64,000 nucleotides of DNA from a virus, in IMG/VR virus record IMGVR_UViG_3300025030_000061, positions 1-64,000 of that record. One strand, 5' to 3'. The notes beneath the pieces are model-generated. The model was given only the letters and a program-made list of their open reading frames with translations. It did no database searches and was not told where the DNA came from. Below are positions 28,271-37,803 of the stretch, piece after piece. How positions within the stretch are numbered: position 1 is the stretch's first letter; each line of letters starts with the position of its first letter. A program made the position numbers and the translations under genes.

Positions 28271-28726
28271 ATGGCGAGTTTGAACAGGTGCGATTTCATC
28301 GGGCGCTGCGGGAAGGATCCCGAGGTGCGGTACACGGCGGGAGGCACGGCTGTCGCCAGCGTGTCGATCGCCTGCAGCGAAAAGTTCAAGGCGAAGTCCG
28401 GCGAGTGGGAGGAAAAAACGGAGTGGGTCAACCTGGTGTTCTGGGGCAAGCTCGCGGAGATCGTCGGGGAGTACGTCGCCAAGGGGAAGGAGATCTATGT
28501 CTCTGGCCGGATGCAGACGCGGAAGTGGCAGGACAAGGAGGGTAATGATCGGTACTCGACCGAGATCGTCTGCGAGAAGATGCAGATGCTCGGTGGCAAG
28601 GGTGATGGTGGCTCCGGCGGCGGTTCCCGCGGCGAGTCCTCTGGCCGGCCTGCTCGGGATAACTTGGGCGGTGCTGGGTCCTACGAGGAGCCTCCGTTTG
28701 ACCCGACAGAGGACATCCCTTTCTGA
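28271..28726 (+). CDS. ssb: single-stranded DNA-binding protein
   Basis: GKDPEVRYT..TEW..GKLAEI..GRMQTRKWQD..C-terminal EDIPF. Confidence 0.97.
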   Translation: MASLNRCDFIGRCGKDPEVRYTAGGTAVASVSIACSEKFKAKSGEWEEKTEWVNLVFWGKLAEIVGEYVAKGKEIYVSGRMQTRKWQDKEGNDRYSTEIVCEKMQMLGGKGDGGSGGGSRGESSGRPARDNLGGAGSYEEPPFDPTEDIPF

Positions 28727-28932
28727 GTGTGTAGCGTATGGCAACTTTTAGCTTGCTATGCGCTACACTTTTATGGCATGAGTGTTCCTAAATTTTGTTG
28801 CGTTGCGTGATTGGCAGATCACGGCATGAAGATAAGCAGCTTGGTTCCTGGTCCCTGGTGGCCAGAACCCTTAACCCTTCTCGGTGCGGACTGCCATCCC
28901 CCGAGAAGGGTTTTGCTTTTCCTGGAGGTGTT

Positions 28933-29484
28933 ATGGACGGTTCTTCTTTTGAGCAGCATCAAAAATATTTCCGTTGTTTCGATTCTTTGCCTGCAACTGT
29001 GCGGCAGTATCTTTGGTCAGTCGCATCTCCTGGTTTGGAACTCTTCACTGTTAGTCATGGGTCGGGTTTGTATGATTTTGCGGTAATGGTTGCCGAGGCA
29101 TCCGTACCTCTTCTGAAATGTGAATCTCCCATCGAGCAGCTCCTCCTTTTCGTTTTGAACGTTAAGGCTAAGGCCGGCCTTATCCCTGGGTTGTCCCAGG
29201 TCATAGCCCAAGGCTTGGTCCCGGCATGTGGGAAAAAGTACCGTGGAGACATCGTAATCGAATTCTCTCCTGGCTTCTTGGACAGGCCTGTCATCGTGGA
29301 ATGTGATGGCCATGAATTCCACGAAAAGACTCGGGAGCAAGTCGCTAGGGATAAGGCTCGTCAGCGCGATTTGCAGATTGATGGCTACCATGTGATTCGC
29401 TTTGCTGGGTCCGAAGTCTTCAAGGATCCAGCTGCCTGTGCTGGAGACGTACTTCGCTTTATTCAGCGCTTGAAGGAGTCATGA
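28933..29484 (+). CDS. DUF559/Vsr-like endonuclease
   Basis: CESPIE..YRGDIV..VECDGHEFH..RDKARQRDL..GYHVIRFAGSE. Confidence 0.8.
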   Translation: MDGSSFEQHQKYFRCFDSLPATVRQYLWSVASPGLELFTVSHGSGLYDFAVMVAEASVPLLKCESPIEQLLLFVLNVKAKAGLIPGLSQVIAQGLVPACGKKYRGDIVIEFSPGFLDRPVIVECDGHEFHEKTREQVARDKARQRDLQIDGYHVIRFAGSEVFKDPAACAGDVLRFIQRLKES

Positions 29485-30260
29485 CTGTGTCCGTGCCTCA
29501 AGCCGAAAATGGTCACGTCGATATTGCCAACGAGATTGTGGAGGCGCTCTGCCGAGTCCAGCTCTCGGGTTACGAGTCTCGCGTGCTCTGGGCGATCTTC
29601 CGCAAGACCTACGGATGGCACAAGAAGGAGGACCGGATCTCGCTTTCGCAGTTCCAGGTTCTGACTGGGCTTCCCCTTCCCAAAATCAGCAATACCTTGA
29701 ATCGGTTAGCGTTACGGAAAATGGTAACCGTTACCGATAATGGCAATGGCAAAACCAAAAGCTACGGATTTCAAAAGGTTTATTCGCTCTGGCAGGGGTT
29801 GCCGGAAAAGGTAATACCTGAATCGGCAATCCCTGTTTTTGGCATTGCCGAGAATGGGGCGGGGGGGTTGCCGGAATCGGCAAGTACAAAAGAAACTCTT
29901 ACAAAAGAAAAAATCACAACAGCACCAGAGGGGGATATTCCGACCCGGGCTGAGGTCGCCTTCCTTTCTGTTTTTGCGGAAAAAGAGCCTCGGCTTCGTG
30001 AGCTTTATCCTCATGCCGACTTTTTAGTGCAGCGTGAAATTTGTGTGGCCCATTACCGGAACGATGCATCTGCCGCTCTTGATCCCTGGGTTGTCATCTT
30101 GAAGTGGTTCGCTCGTATCCCAAAGGAGGATTTTTATGTCGCAACTAGACCGAGATACGTTGGCAGGTCAGGCTCGTCTGCTGCAGGTGCGGAAGAATCT
30201 GGGAGCGCCCTTAATGACGAGTTCTGCAATCCGGCCCGTCTCGGCTCCGATCCTTTGTAA
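29481..30260 (+). CDS. replication initiator, lambda O-like N-terminus
   Basis: ENGHVDIANEIVEAL..LSGYESRVLWAIFRKTYGWHKKEDRISLSQF. Confidence 0.88.
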   Translation: MTVSVPQAENGHVDIANEIVEALCRVQLSGYESRVLWAIFRKTYGWHKKEDRISLSQFQVLTGLPLPKISNTLNRLALRKMVTVTDNGNGKTKSYGFQKVYSLWQGLPEKVIPESAIPVFGIAENGAGGLPESASTKETLTKEKITTAPEGDIPTRAEVAFLSVFAEKEPRLRELYPHADFLVQREICVAHYRNDASAALDPWVVILKWFARIPKEDFYVATRPRYVGRSGSSAAGAEESGSALNDEFCNPARLGSDPL

Positions 30261-31011
30261 GCACTGCGGGGCCGAGCGTGCCCGTCTTCCCTTCTGCGAT
30301 CACATCTCCGAGCCGTGCCTGTGTGCCGGCGCCCTGGCCGAGCGCGATGCTCTTCTCGAGGCGGAGCGTCTGAACTCCGAGCGGGTCCTGGCTGCCCAGG
30401 CTCGGGAGCGCGAGGACAAGCAGACGGCGCTGATCCGTAAGCTTGCGCTGGAAATGCCCGAGAAGCTCCGCGGCTGCTCTTTCGATAACTTTCAGGTGCA
30501 GTCTCATACCCGGCAGATGTTTGATGCTGCCCGGCGCTTGGTGGACCGCAACGGCGCGGGGCTCGGGTTGATGCTCCTGGGGGACGTCGGTGTTGGCAAA
30601 ACTCATCTGGCTGCGGCGATCGCTAATGCCGAGATCGCGGCCGGGCGTTCCGCCCTCTGCGGAACCGTCCCGGATCTGCTCTCCCGCATCAGTGCCTCCT
30701 GGGAGTCCGACACCGAGACGGAGCTGCAGGTGCTGCGTCCCTTCTTTGAGTGTTCCCTCCTGGTCTTGGACGATCTCGGGACCGAGTCGGTCCATCCCTG
30801 GGTGGAGGAGCGGATGTACCGGATCATCAACCACCGGTATACCTACGGGCGACGCCTGGTCATCACCACCAATGTTGGGTTGGAGGTCATCCAGGCCCGG
30901 TACGACAAACGGGGAAATCTTAGCGGCCAGCGGATCGTTTCTCGTCTCTTTGAAATGTGCGAGGGCGTGAACGTAAAGGGCCCAGACTACCGTCGGCGTC
31001 CTCGGAAGTAG
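30136..31011 (+). CDS. DnaC/IstB-like helicase loader ATPase
   Basis: SFDNF, GDVGVGKTHLA, LLVLDDLGTE, IINHRY, ITTN, RIVSRLFEM. Confidence 0.92.
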   Translation: MSQLDRDTLAGQARLLQVRKNLGAPLMTSSAIRPVSAPILCKHCGAERARLPFCDHISEPCLCAGALAERDALLEAERLNSERVLAAQAREREDKQTALIRKLALEMPEKLRGCSFDNFQVQSHTRQMFDAARRLVDRNGAGLGLMLLGDVGVGKTHLAAAIANAEIAAGRSALCGTVPDLLSRISASWESDTETELQVLRPFFECSLLVLDDLGTESVHPWVEERMYRIINHRYTYGRRLVITTNVGLEVIQARYDKRGNLSGQRIVSRLFEMCEGVNVKGPDYRRRPRK

Positions 31012-31350
31012 CTTGGTGCTCCCTGTAGCCTGTTACCTCTACGATGATTTCGCTCTCCGTTGGCGCGACCTCTCCACCGGGGAGTGGCGGGACTACGAGG
31101 ATGTGCTTTGGATGAAAGAGCACGCATTGCGTGCAATATGCGATCTTTTCATCTCTGCATCTCATGAGGTCATCGCGGTGGCGGATGGTGTGCGGGTGGT
31201 TAACTCTGATCGCCTGGTGGTTGAGTGCAAGCGGCGCGGGATCCCGGTGCGGACCTTTCAGTTGATTCGGGAGGTGGCGGAGGTGGCGGGTGTCCTCGAT
31301 CGCCAGTTCTACTCGGTTGGTTTTGGTCCTGGGCTCTCCTCGAGGTATGC

Positions 31351-31842
31351 ATGATCCGTCGGGCTCCTTCTTCCTCGCGTTGCTGCGTCATGGGGCGCGA
31401 TCAGTTCCTACCCGGGAATGTCACCTGCATCTCTTGCCGCCGGCAGGATGTGCCGTGTCCCTTCGGTTCCGCGGTCCAGGTTCCTGCTCCGGCCGCTGCT
31501 TCGGTCGAGGAGAAGGCTGCTCCGAGGGCCAAGGAGCCGAACAAGACCGAGGCGGAGTATGGTCGACGGCTCTCCCTGGAGTTCCCTGTGTGCGATGTCC
31601 GGTATGAGGCGCTGGCTCTGATCGTTGAACTCGATAGGGATCGTTTCAGGTACAGTCCGGATTTTGTGGTGACCTTTCCCGGCGGCAGGATCCTCCTGGT
31701 CGAGGTGAAAAACGCCGGGTATCAATTTGCCTCATACGGTCGGGCCAAGCTCGCCTTTGCTACCTGCAGGGTCCAGTGGCCGATGTTCTCATATCGATGG
31801 GCTGAAAAAGATGGAGGTTCTTGGAATGTCACAGACTATTAA
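31351..31842 (+). CDS. PD-(D/E)xK nuclease (DUF1064-like)
   Basis: NKTEAEY..YSPDFVV..LVEVKN. Confidence 0.7.
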   Translation: MIRRAPSSSRCCVMGRDQFLPGNVTCISCRRQDVPCPFGSAVQVPAPAAASVEEKAAPRAKEPNKTEAEYGRRLSLEFPVCDVRYEALALIVELDRDRFRYSPDFVVTFPGGRILLVEVKNAGYQFASYGRAKLAFATCRVQWPMFSYRWAEKDGGSWNVTDY

Positions 31843-32383
31843 CGTTTGCCCCCTATGCGGGAAGGCGATAAGCCGGAGATCGAAGCACTGCAAGGGGTGC
31901 TTTCGGACGGTGCAAACAGAAGATTACCGTCTTGAACGAGCTATTACTCGGTTCAAGGCAAGGATCGTAAAGCTGGACATTGGCTGTTGGGTACTTCGGG
32001 GCCTGGAGTCCGGTCCTGGGTATCCTTACGTGCATTTCCAGGGGGCAGACCATGGTGCCCACCGTGTTGCCTTGTTTGTCTTCGAAGGGTTGTCTCTGGA
32101 TACGCCTCTTGATGCTATGCATTCCTGTGATAACCCGCGCTGTGTCAATCCTGGCCATCTCGATTATGGGACTCGCACTGAGAATATGCAGGATGCCAAG
32201 GCTAAAGGGAGGACTCGGAACGTCTCTGACTGGAGCGGGTTAAATAATCCGAAGTCAAAGATTTCGCCAAGCGATCATCCAGACATTGTTTCCTTGGCTG
32301 CGGCTGGTATCCCGCGGAAGGTGATCGCTGCTCAGTATGGGATTGGATACAACCGCGTATGTCAAATTTTAGGCTCGCGGTGA
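31826..32383 (+). CDS. HNH homing-type endonuclease
   Basis: GCW..AHRV..MHSCDNPRCVNPGHLDYGTRTENMQD; C-terminal HTH. Confidence 0.9.
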   Translation: MSQTINVCPLCGKAISRRSKHCKGCFRTVQTEDYRLERAITRFKARIVKLDIGCWVLRGLESGPGYPYVHFQGADHGAHRVALFVFEGLSLDTPLDAMHSCDNPRCVNPGHLDYGTRTENMQDAKAKGRTRNVSDWSGLNNPKSKISPSDHPDIVSLAAAGIPRKVIAAQYGIGYNRVCQILGSR

Positions 32384-32453
32384 TCATTCTGTCGGCCGGG
32401 TTTACTGTGGGTGCCGGTGTATAACCGGACGCTACTTTTTTTTGGAGGGTTTG

Positions 32454-34412
32454 ATGGCCAGGAGAGCACCTGTTTACCGTGGGCTGTATCGCGTGGATCC
32501 GCAGCCGGCATTTGATTTCGGCGGCAAGCTGATCGTTGACCTTTTCGCTGGTGGCGGTGGCGCCTCTACCGGGATGGAGTGGGCTCTCGGGCGTAGTCCC
32601 GATATCGCTGTGAACCATGACCCGGAGGCGGTCGCGCTGCACCAGGTCAATCATCCGCATACCAAGCATTTCTGTGAGTCCGTCTTCGACGTGGTGCCCC
32701 AGGATGTTTGTGCTGGCCGGCCGGTCGGGGACCTCTGGATGTCTCCCGACTGCAAGCATTTCAGCAAGGCGAAGGGGGGGAAGCCGGTATCGAAGCGGGT
32801 CCGCGGCTTGGCCTGGGTCGGGAAGCGTTGGGCTGCCACTGTGCGGCCGGAGCGCATCTACCTGGAGAACGTCGAGGAGTTCAAGAGCTGGGGGCCTTTG
32901 GTCCGTGTCAACAACGAATGGAAGCCGTGCAAGAAGCGATCGGGCCGGACCTTCCGGAATTTTGTACGCGAGCTGCAGCGCCTCGGGTATGTGGTTGATT
33001 GGCGCGAGCTGAAGGCCTGCGATTATGGTGCACCGACGATTCGCAAACGGTTGTTTCTGGTCGCTCGCTGCGACGGGCAGCCGATCGAGTGGCCCGAGGA
33101 GACCCATGGCGACCCGAAGCATGCAGTGGTGCGCTCTGGCCAGCTCCTCCCTTGGCGGACTGCTGCCGACTGCATTGACTGGTCGCTGCCCTGTCCTTCG
33201 ATCTTCACGCGGAAGCGTCCCCTGGTGGAGAACACCTTGCGTCGCGTCGCCAAGGGCGTCAAGCGCTACGTGATCGATTCGCCCTCGCCCTACTTCGTAC
33301 CGCAGACTCGCGGGAAGCGCCTGGTGGTGGCTCCGTCCCTGACCGAGCATGCCAACAGCAGCACGCAGCGCACCTTTCCGGTCGATGAGCCGTTGCGGAC
33401 GCAATGTGCCAACGTGAAGGGTGGTCACTTCGCCCTGGTGGCGGCTTCGCTCTCGACCTATTACGGTCCGAAGGGTGAAAACCACCATCGAGGGCAGGAC
33501 CTCCGGGAGCCGCTGCGGACGCAGACGACCGAGAACCGTTTTGCTCTCCAGGCTGCTCTGCTCTTGAAGCACTATACGGGCGTGGTCGGCACGCCGATGG
33601 ATGCTCCCTTGAGCACGGTAACGACCGTGGACCATCACAGCCTTACTGCTGCTACGCTGATCCAGACCGGGTACGGCGAGCGTCCTGAGCAGTCTCCTCG
33701 GGTGCCCCATGTCGATAAGCCGCTGGGGACCGCGGTGGCCGGCGGGGTGAAGCATGCCGTCGTGGCTGCGAACCTCGTCCGTCATTTCGGGGAGAGCGTG
33801 GGTTCTCCGGTTGATGATCCTATGGGTACGGTCATGCCTGACGGGATGGGTAAGACCGGTCTGGTTGCCACTTGCCTCGCTCGTAATTTCGGGCGTAGCG
33901 ATGCTGCTCCAGTGGATGCTCCGGTGGGGACGATTACGACAAAGCAGACGGAGGCATTGGTCGCCTCCAGTCTGGTGAAGATGTACGGGACCTGCCAAGC
34001 TGGGCAGCCGGTGGATGTCCCCTTGGCGACCGTGACAGCCAACGGTCGGGGCGGTGGTCATATCGCCGAGGTTCGCGCCTTCCTCCTCAAATACTACGGC
34101 GCCGACCAGGATCCGCGCCTGGAGCAGCCTCTCCATACCATCACGACGCGTGACCGCTTTGGCCTTGTCCTGGTCAAGGGTGAGCTCTATGAGATTTCGG
34201 ATATCGGCATGCGGATGCTGGCGCCGCGTGAGCTGTACCGGGCGCAGGGCTTCCCGGATTCCTACATCATCGATTACGTCGTCATCGACGGCCGGAAAAA
34301 GAAGCTGACCGCGACTGCCCAGGTGCGGATGGTCGGCAACTCCGTCAGTCCGAATGTCGCCTGCGCTGTTGTGCAGGCCAATACCGCGAAGCGTCTGCGC
34401 TACGCAGCTTAG
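32454..34412 (+). CDS. DNA (cytosine-5) methyltransferase with repeat-expanded variable region
   Basis: DLFAGGGG, SPDCKHFS, ENVEEF, TIRKRLF, RAQGFP, VGNSV. Confidence 0.93.
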   Translation: MARRAPVYRGLYRVDPQPAFDFGGKLIVDLFAGGGGASTGMEWALGRSPDIAVNHDPEAVALHQVNHPHTKHFCESVFDVVPQDVCAGRPVGDLWMSPDCKHFSKAKGGKPVSKRVRGLAWVGKRWAATVRPERIYLENVEEFKSWGPLVRVNNEWKPCKKRSGRTFRNFVRELQRLGYVVDWRELKACDYGAPTIRKRLFLVARCDGQPIEWPEETHGDPKHAVVRSGQLLPWRTAADCIDWSLPCPSIFTRKRPLVENTLRRVAKGVKRYVIDSPSPYFVPQTRGKRLVVAPSLTEHANSSTQRTFPVDEPLRTQCANVKGGHFALVAASLSTYYGPKGENHHRGQDLREPLRTQTTENRFALQAALLLKHYTGVVGTPMDAPLSTVTTVDHHSLTAATLIQTGYGERPEQSPRVPHVDKPLGTAVAGGVKHAVVAANLVRHFGESVGSPVDDPMGTVMPDGMGKTGLVATCLARNFGRSDAAPVDAPVGTITTKQTEALVASSLVKMYGTCQAGQPVDVPLATVTANGRGGGHIAEVRAFLLKYYGADQDPRLEQPLHTITTRDRFGLVLVKGELYEISDIGMRMLAPRELYRAQGFPDSYIIDYVVIDGRKKKLTATAQVRMVGNSVSPNVACAVVQANTAKRLRYAA

Positions 34413-34420
34413 GGGGGGAT

Positions 34421-35449
34421 ATGTTGGAAACGATTCTTGCTGGCAGCTCGGCGTTCCGCGAGCATGGAAAGTTCTGGACGGATGCCCTTACCTGGGTTGA
34501 GGGCTGCACTCCTGTCTCTCCTGGTTGTAAAAACTGTTGGCTGGCTGGGATTTACAGCCGCAACTTGCCGGGCCTTGCGCCTGGTCTGGTGGAGAGAGTG
34601 AATTCCGGTGGAGCGTGTAACGATTTCTTTAACGGCAAGATCGTATGCCGCGAGGATCGTCTTCTGCTTCCCCTGCGTGCCCGCAAGCCTCGAGTGTACG
34701 CGGTTTGGAGCGATCTGTTCCATGAGGGTGTGCAAGAGGAATTTCAACTCCGTGCCTTTGCGACCATGAGTCTTGCGCGTCATCACCATTTTGTCATCAT
34801 CACTAAAAGACCTGCTGTCGCTTTGGCGTTTATGGAGAGGGGTCGGTATCCAAAGGTCCAATCCAATAGCGAGCCGATTTCAAACGTGACGATCCTGGTC
34901 AGCATGGAGGACCAGCAGCGCGCCGACGAGCGGGCGCCTTTTGCTGCTCGTCTTGCTCTTGCTGGGTGGCGTGTTGGCGTACTTTGTGAGCCTTTGCTTT
35001 CGCCCATATCCTTCAAATGTATTCTTGCGGGTTCTCTGGCTAAGCGTGGAACTTTTGCTTTTCTCCGGCTGATGTGTTGGGTTCTCACCGGCGGGGAGTC
35101 GGGAAGCAGGGCGCGGCCGGTCCATCCCGAGTGGGTGCGTACTCTCTGCAGTCAGGCGCAGGTGGCCGGGGTGCCCTTCACCTTCAAGCAGTGGGGAGAG
35201 TGGGGGCCTGGCTCGCTTCAGATGGGGACAGGTCAGCCGGTGTTCCGCTCCTTTGAGAGCAAGCGGCAGTGGATCCATAAAGGCGATACCTGGATCAATG
35301 GCGGTTTGTGCCTGGACCTGGCCGGGAAGATTCTGCGCCGCGGAGCTGATTTTGATAACGCGGTTTACCCTGTGGCCGTGGTTCACAAGCTGGGCAAGAA
35401 AAAGGCCGGCCGGGTCCTCGATGGCCGCGAGTGGCTGGAGCTGCCGTAA
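34421..35449 (+). CDS. DUF5131 (phage Gp37/Gp68) family protein
   Basis: WT..GCTPVSPGCKNC..SDLFHE..TKRP..EPLL..GGESG..RPVHPEWVR..FKQWGEW..GRVLDGREW. Confidence 0.9.
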   Translation: MLETILAGSSAFREHGKFWTDALTWVEGCTPVSPGCKNCWLAGIYSRNLPGLAPGLVERVNSGGACNDFFNGKIVCREDRLLLPLRARKPRVYAVWSDLFHEGVQEEFQLRAFATMSLARHHHFVIITKRPAVALAFMERGRYPKVQSNSEPISNVTILVSMEDQQRADERAPFAARLALAGWRVGVLCEPLLSPISFKCILAGSLAKRGTFAFLRLMCWVLTGGESGSRARPVHPEWVRTLCSQAQVAGVPFTFKQWGEWGPGSLQMGTGQPVFRSFESKRQWIHKGDTWINGGLCLDLAGKILRRGADFDNAVYPVAVVHKLGKKKAGRVLDGREWLELP

Positions 35450-35919
35450 TGGCCTGGGACGATGGGCTCTCCTCTGACGGGTCACGGATCCTCATCGTTC
35501 GCTGCGGCATCAGTTACCTGGATATCCTGGGGGCCGCGGCGGAATGCGGGACGATCCCCGCGACCGCTCGGCGCTTGGGGGTAGGGGAGACGACCTTGAG
35601 GACCTGCATCTCGGCGTACCATCTCGGGCACTGGTTCCAGGAACGCCTGGAGCCGCGCTGCCCGACGAAGATCACGCGGCGCCGGCTCTTATACTGGCTC
35701 CGGCAGAACATGACCCGGCGGGACATTGCGGCCGAGCTGGGGTGTACCTACGATCATCTGAATGTGATGCTCCGTCGGTACGATTTGCACCTGGGGATGC
35801 CGAACCGTGGGGCGGCTGCCTGGCGTGCTAGGCGGGGGCAGGTCGGGTCGGTGGTTGTCGGGTTGAAGTCGGAGGGTCGTTTCCTTTGGGCGGATGGTTG
35901 CAACTTGTCTGTGGTGTAG
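35449..35919 (+). CDS. double-HTH hypothetical regulator
   Basis: IPATARRLGVGETTLR and TRRDIAAELGCTYDHL. Confidence 0.55.
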   Translation: MAWDDGLSSDGSRILIVRCGISYLDILGAAAECGTIPATARRLGVGETTLRTCISAYHLGHWFQERLEPRCPTKITRRRLLYWLRQNMTRRDIAAELGCTYDHLNVMLRRYDLHLGMPNRGAAAWRARRGQVGSVVVGLKSEGRFLWADGCNLSVV

Positions 35920-35947
35920 CGTATGCAAACTTTTTAGGGGGTGTCGG

Positions 35948-36280
35948 GTGACTCAGCAGGGCTTTGATTTCAGTGGTGAGCGGTTGAAGGAGCAGGGGGC
36001 CGAGGCTGCGGTTCTCCATGCCGATGGGGTACACCTGGAGTGGTCCGACTACGCGATCTCTCTCCTCGAGGGGTTTGCGCGGGGCCGGGCTCCGTTCTGC
36101 TCTGACGATTTTCGCAAGCACGTCGCCGGGGTCCTCCCGGATCCTCCTTGCTTGAATGCGATCGGGGGTCTGTTCATCCGGGCTTCCCGCAGCGGGATCC
36201 TGGAGCACGTCGGCTATGTGAAGTCCCAGCGCCGCTCCGCGCACTCGCGTGTGGTGGGGCTCTGGCGCTCTGCGGCGTGA
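35948..36280 (+). CDS. conserved hypothetical phage protein
   Basis: 110-aa ORF with NAIGGLF..S.R..AH.R....W pattern. Confidence 0.55.
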   Translation: MTQQGFDFSGERLKEQGAEAAVLHADGVHLEWSDYAISLLEGFARGRAPFCSDDFRKHVAGVLPDPPCLNAIGGLFIRASRSGILEHVGYVKSQRRSAHSRVVGLWRSAA

Positions 36281-36807
36281 GGTGTAGCGCATACCATCAT
36301 TCTGTGGGTCGGTCTTTCCTCTGGTGTAGGCCATTTTGATCGGGAGGACACCATGATAGCAGCAGCTTTTAGACTGGCTCAACCTTGCAACTGGTTCGAC
36401 ACCCTTAACGGCGCCCTGGCGTCGGAAGGGCTCCTCGAGTCCTGGAACTTTAACGGCGGGATCGGGTACGGAGAGCACTTCACGTACATCTGGGAAAACG
36501 GCACCGAGTTCGGCCGGTTCGTGCAGATTTACCGCGACGAGCAGGGCCGCTATGAGCGTCCGACCACCTACAACTGCTAAAAATTCCCCCTTGGAGGTTC
36601 CACCATGCTTTCCGCTCTCATCAAAGAATTGCAGGCTGTCCTGGACGCCAAAGGCGACATCCCTGTGGACATCGTTATTCCTGGCACATGTACCCGCGCC
36701 CGTCGCTCTGTCCGTCCTACCGCTGTCTTCGTCCGTGACGACGGCGCCCTGCAGATCACCGTCGAGTAGCTCGCCCTCGGGCGTAATTTTATTTTAAAGG
36801 AGTTCTC

Positions 36808-37521
36808 ATGTCTCATCTGTTCCTGCACATCACCACTATCCCCTGCCAGCGCCATGGCTTCCTGGCCGATCTCCGCGCCAAGGTCACTGCTCCGGCGAAG
36901 CTGTCGAATGCCGAGTCCATCGCAAAGTGGCTCACCGATAACGGCGACGCTGCTGCCCAGGATGCGCTCCTCAAGACCGCCTTCGACGGTTCGCTCGGCG
37001 AGATCATCGCCATTGCCTGGGCCTTCGACTCCGATGACGTGCGCTGCGTGAGCCGCTCCCTGGACATCTGCGAGTCAGTGCTCTTGGACCAGTTCTTCTC
37101 CGGTCTGCAGGAGGACGTGCTCAACTCCGGCGCTGCTTCCGATCGCTACACGGCTCGCATCGTCGGGCACAACATCCTGGGCTTCGACCTGCGCTTCCTG
37201 TACCAGCGTGCCGTGATCCACTCCGCGCAGCCTCCCTTCGATCTGGGGCACGATAACCGCTACAACAACTCCCGCGTCTACGATGTCATGGTGGCCTGGG
37301 CCGGTTTCAACAAATTTCTTTCCCTGCCGGAGCTGGCTCGGGCGATCGGCTTTAACGCTCCCGCGGCTCTCAGTGCTGCCGAGGTCTGGGCCTGCGCGAA
37401 GGCCAACGATACCGATGCGCTCGGCGATCTTTGCGTGCATGACGTCTTGCTGATCCGTCAGGTCTTCCACGCCATGACCTTTTCCGAGTTCTTCGTGGAG
37501 GCCGACCATGCCCAGGGCTGA
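36808..37521 (+). CDS. PolB-like 3'-5' exonuclease fold protein, probably catalytically degenerate
   Basis: GEIIAIAW..VGHNILGFDLRFL retained; ExoI reads HITT instead of DIET. Confidence 0.75.
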   Translation: MSHLFLHITTIPCQRHGFLADLRAKVTAPAKLSNAESIAKWLTDNGDAAAQDALLKTAFDGSLGEIIAIAWAFDSDDVRCVSRSLDICESVLLDQFFSGLQEDVLNSGAASDRYTARIVGHNILGFDLRFLYQRAVIHSAQPPFDLGHDNRYNNSRVYDVMVAWAGFNKFLSLPELARAIGFNAPAALSAAEVWACAKANDTDALGDLCVHDVLLIRQVFHAMTFSEFFVEADHAQG

Positions 37522-37803
37522 CGGTAAGGAGCAGTGCTCCTGCGGTTTGTGGTACCCGGCCGGCGGGGCGGCGCTCTGCGCTGCCAACCGGCACAGCGTC
37601 AAAGAGGCGCCCTACCCGAATCCGCATCGCCACGTTAATTCTTTGGAGTTGTCCGTGGAGGTGTTCTGCGTCGAATGCAGCGCCAGGTTGTCGGCCGAGT
37701 TCAAGATGGAAGCCCATGGGCGCATCGTCCTCAAGGTTTCCAATCATCTTTGCCCGGTTGAAGAGCCGGCCGATATTAGCGAATCCCTCCAGGAGGTGGC
37801 AGC

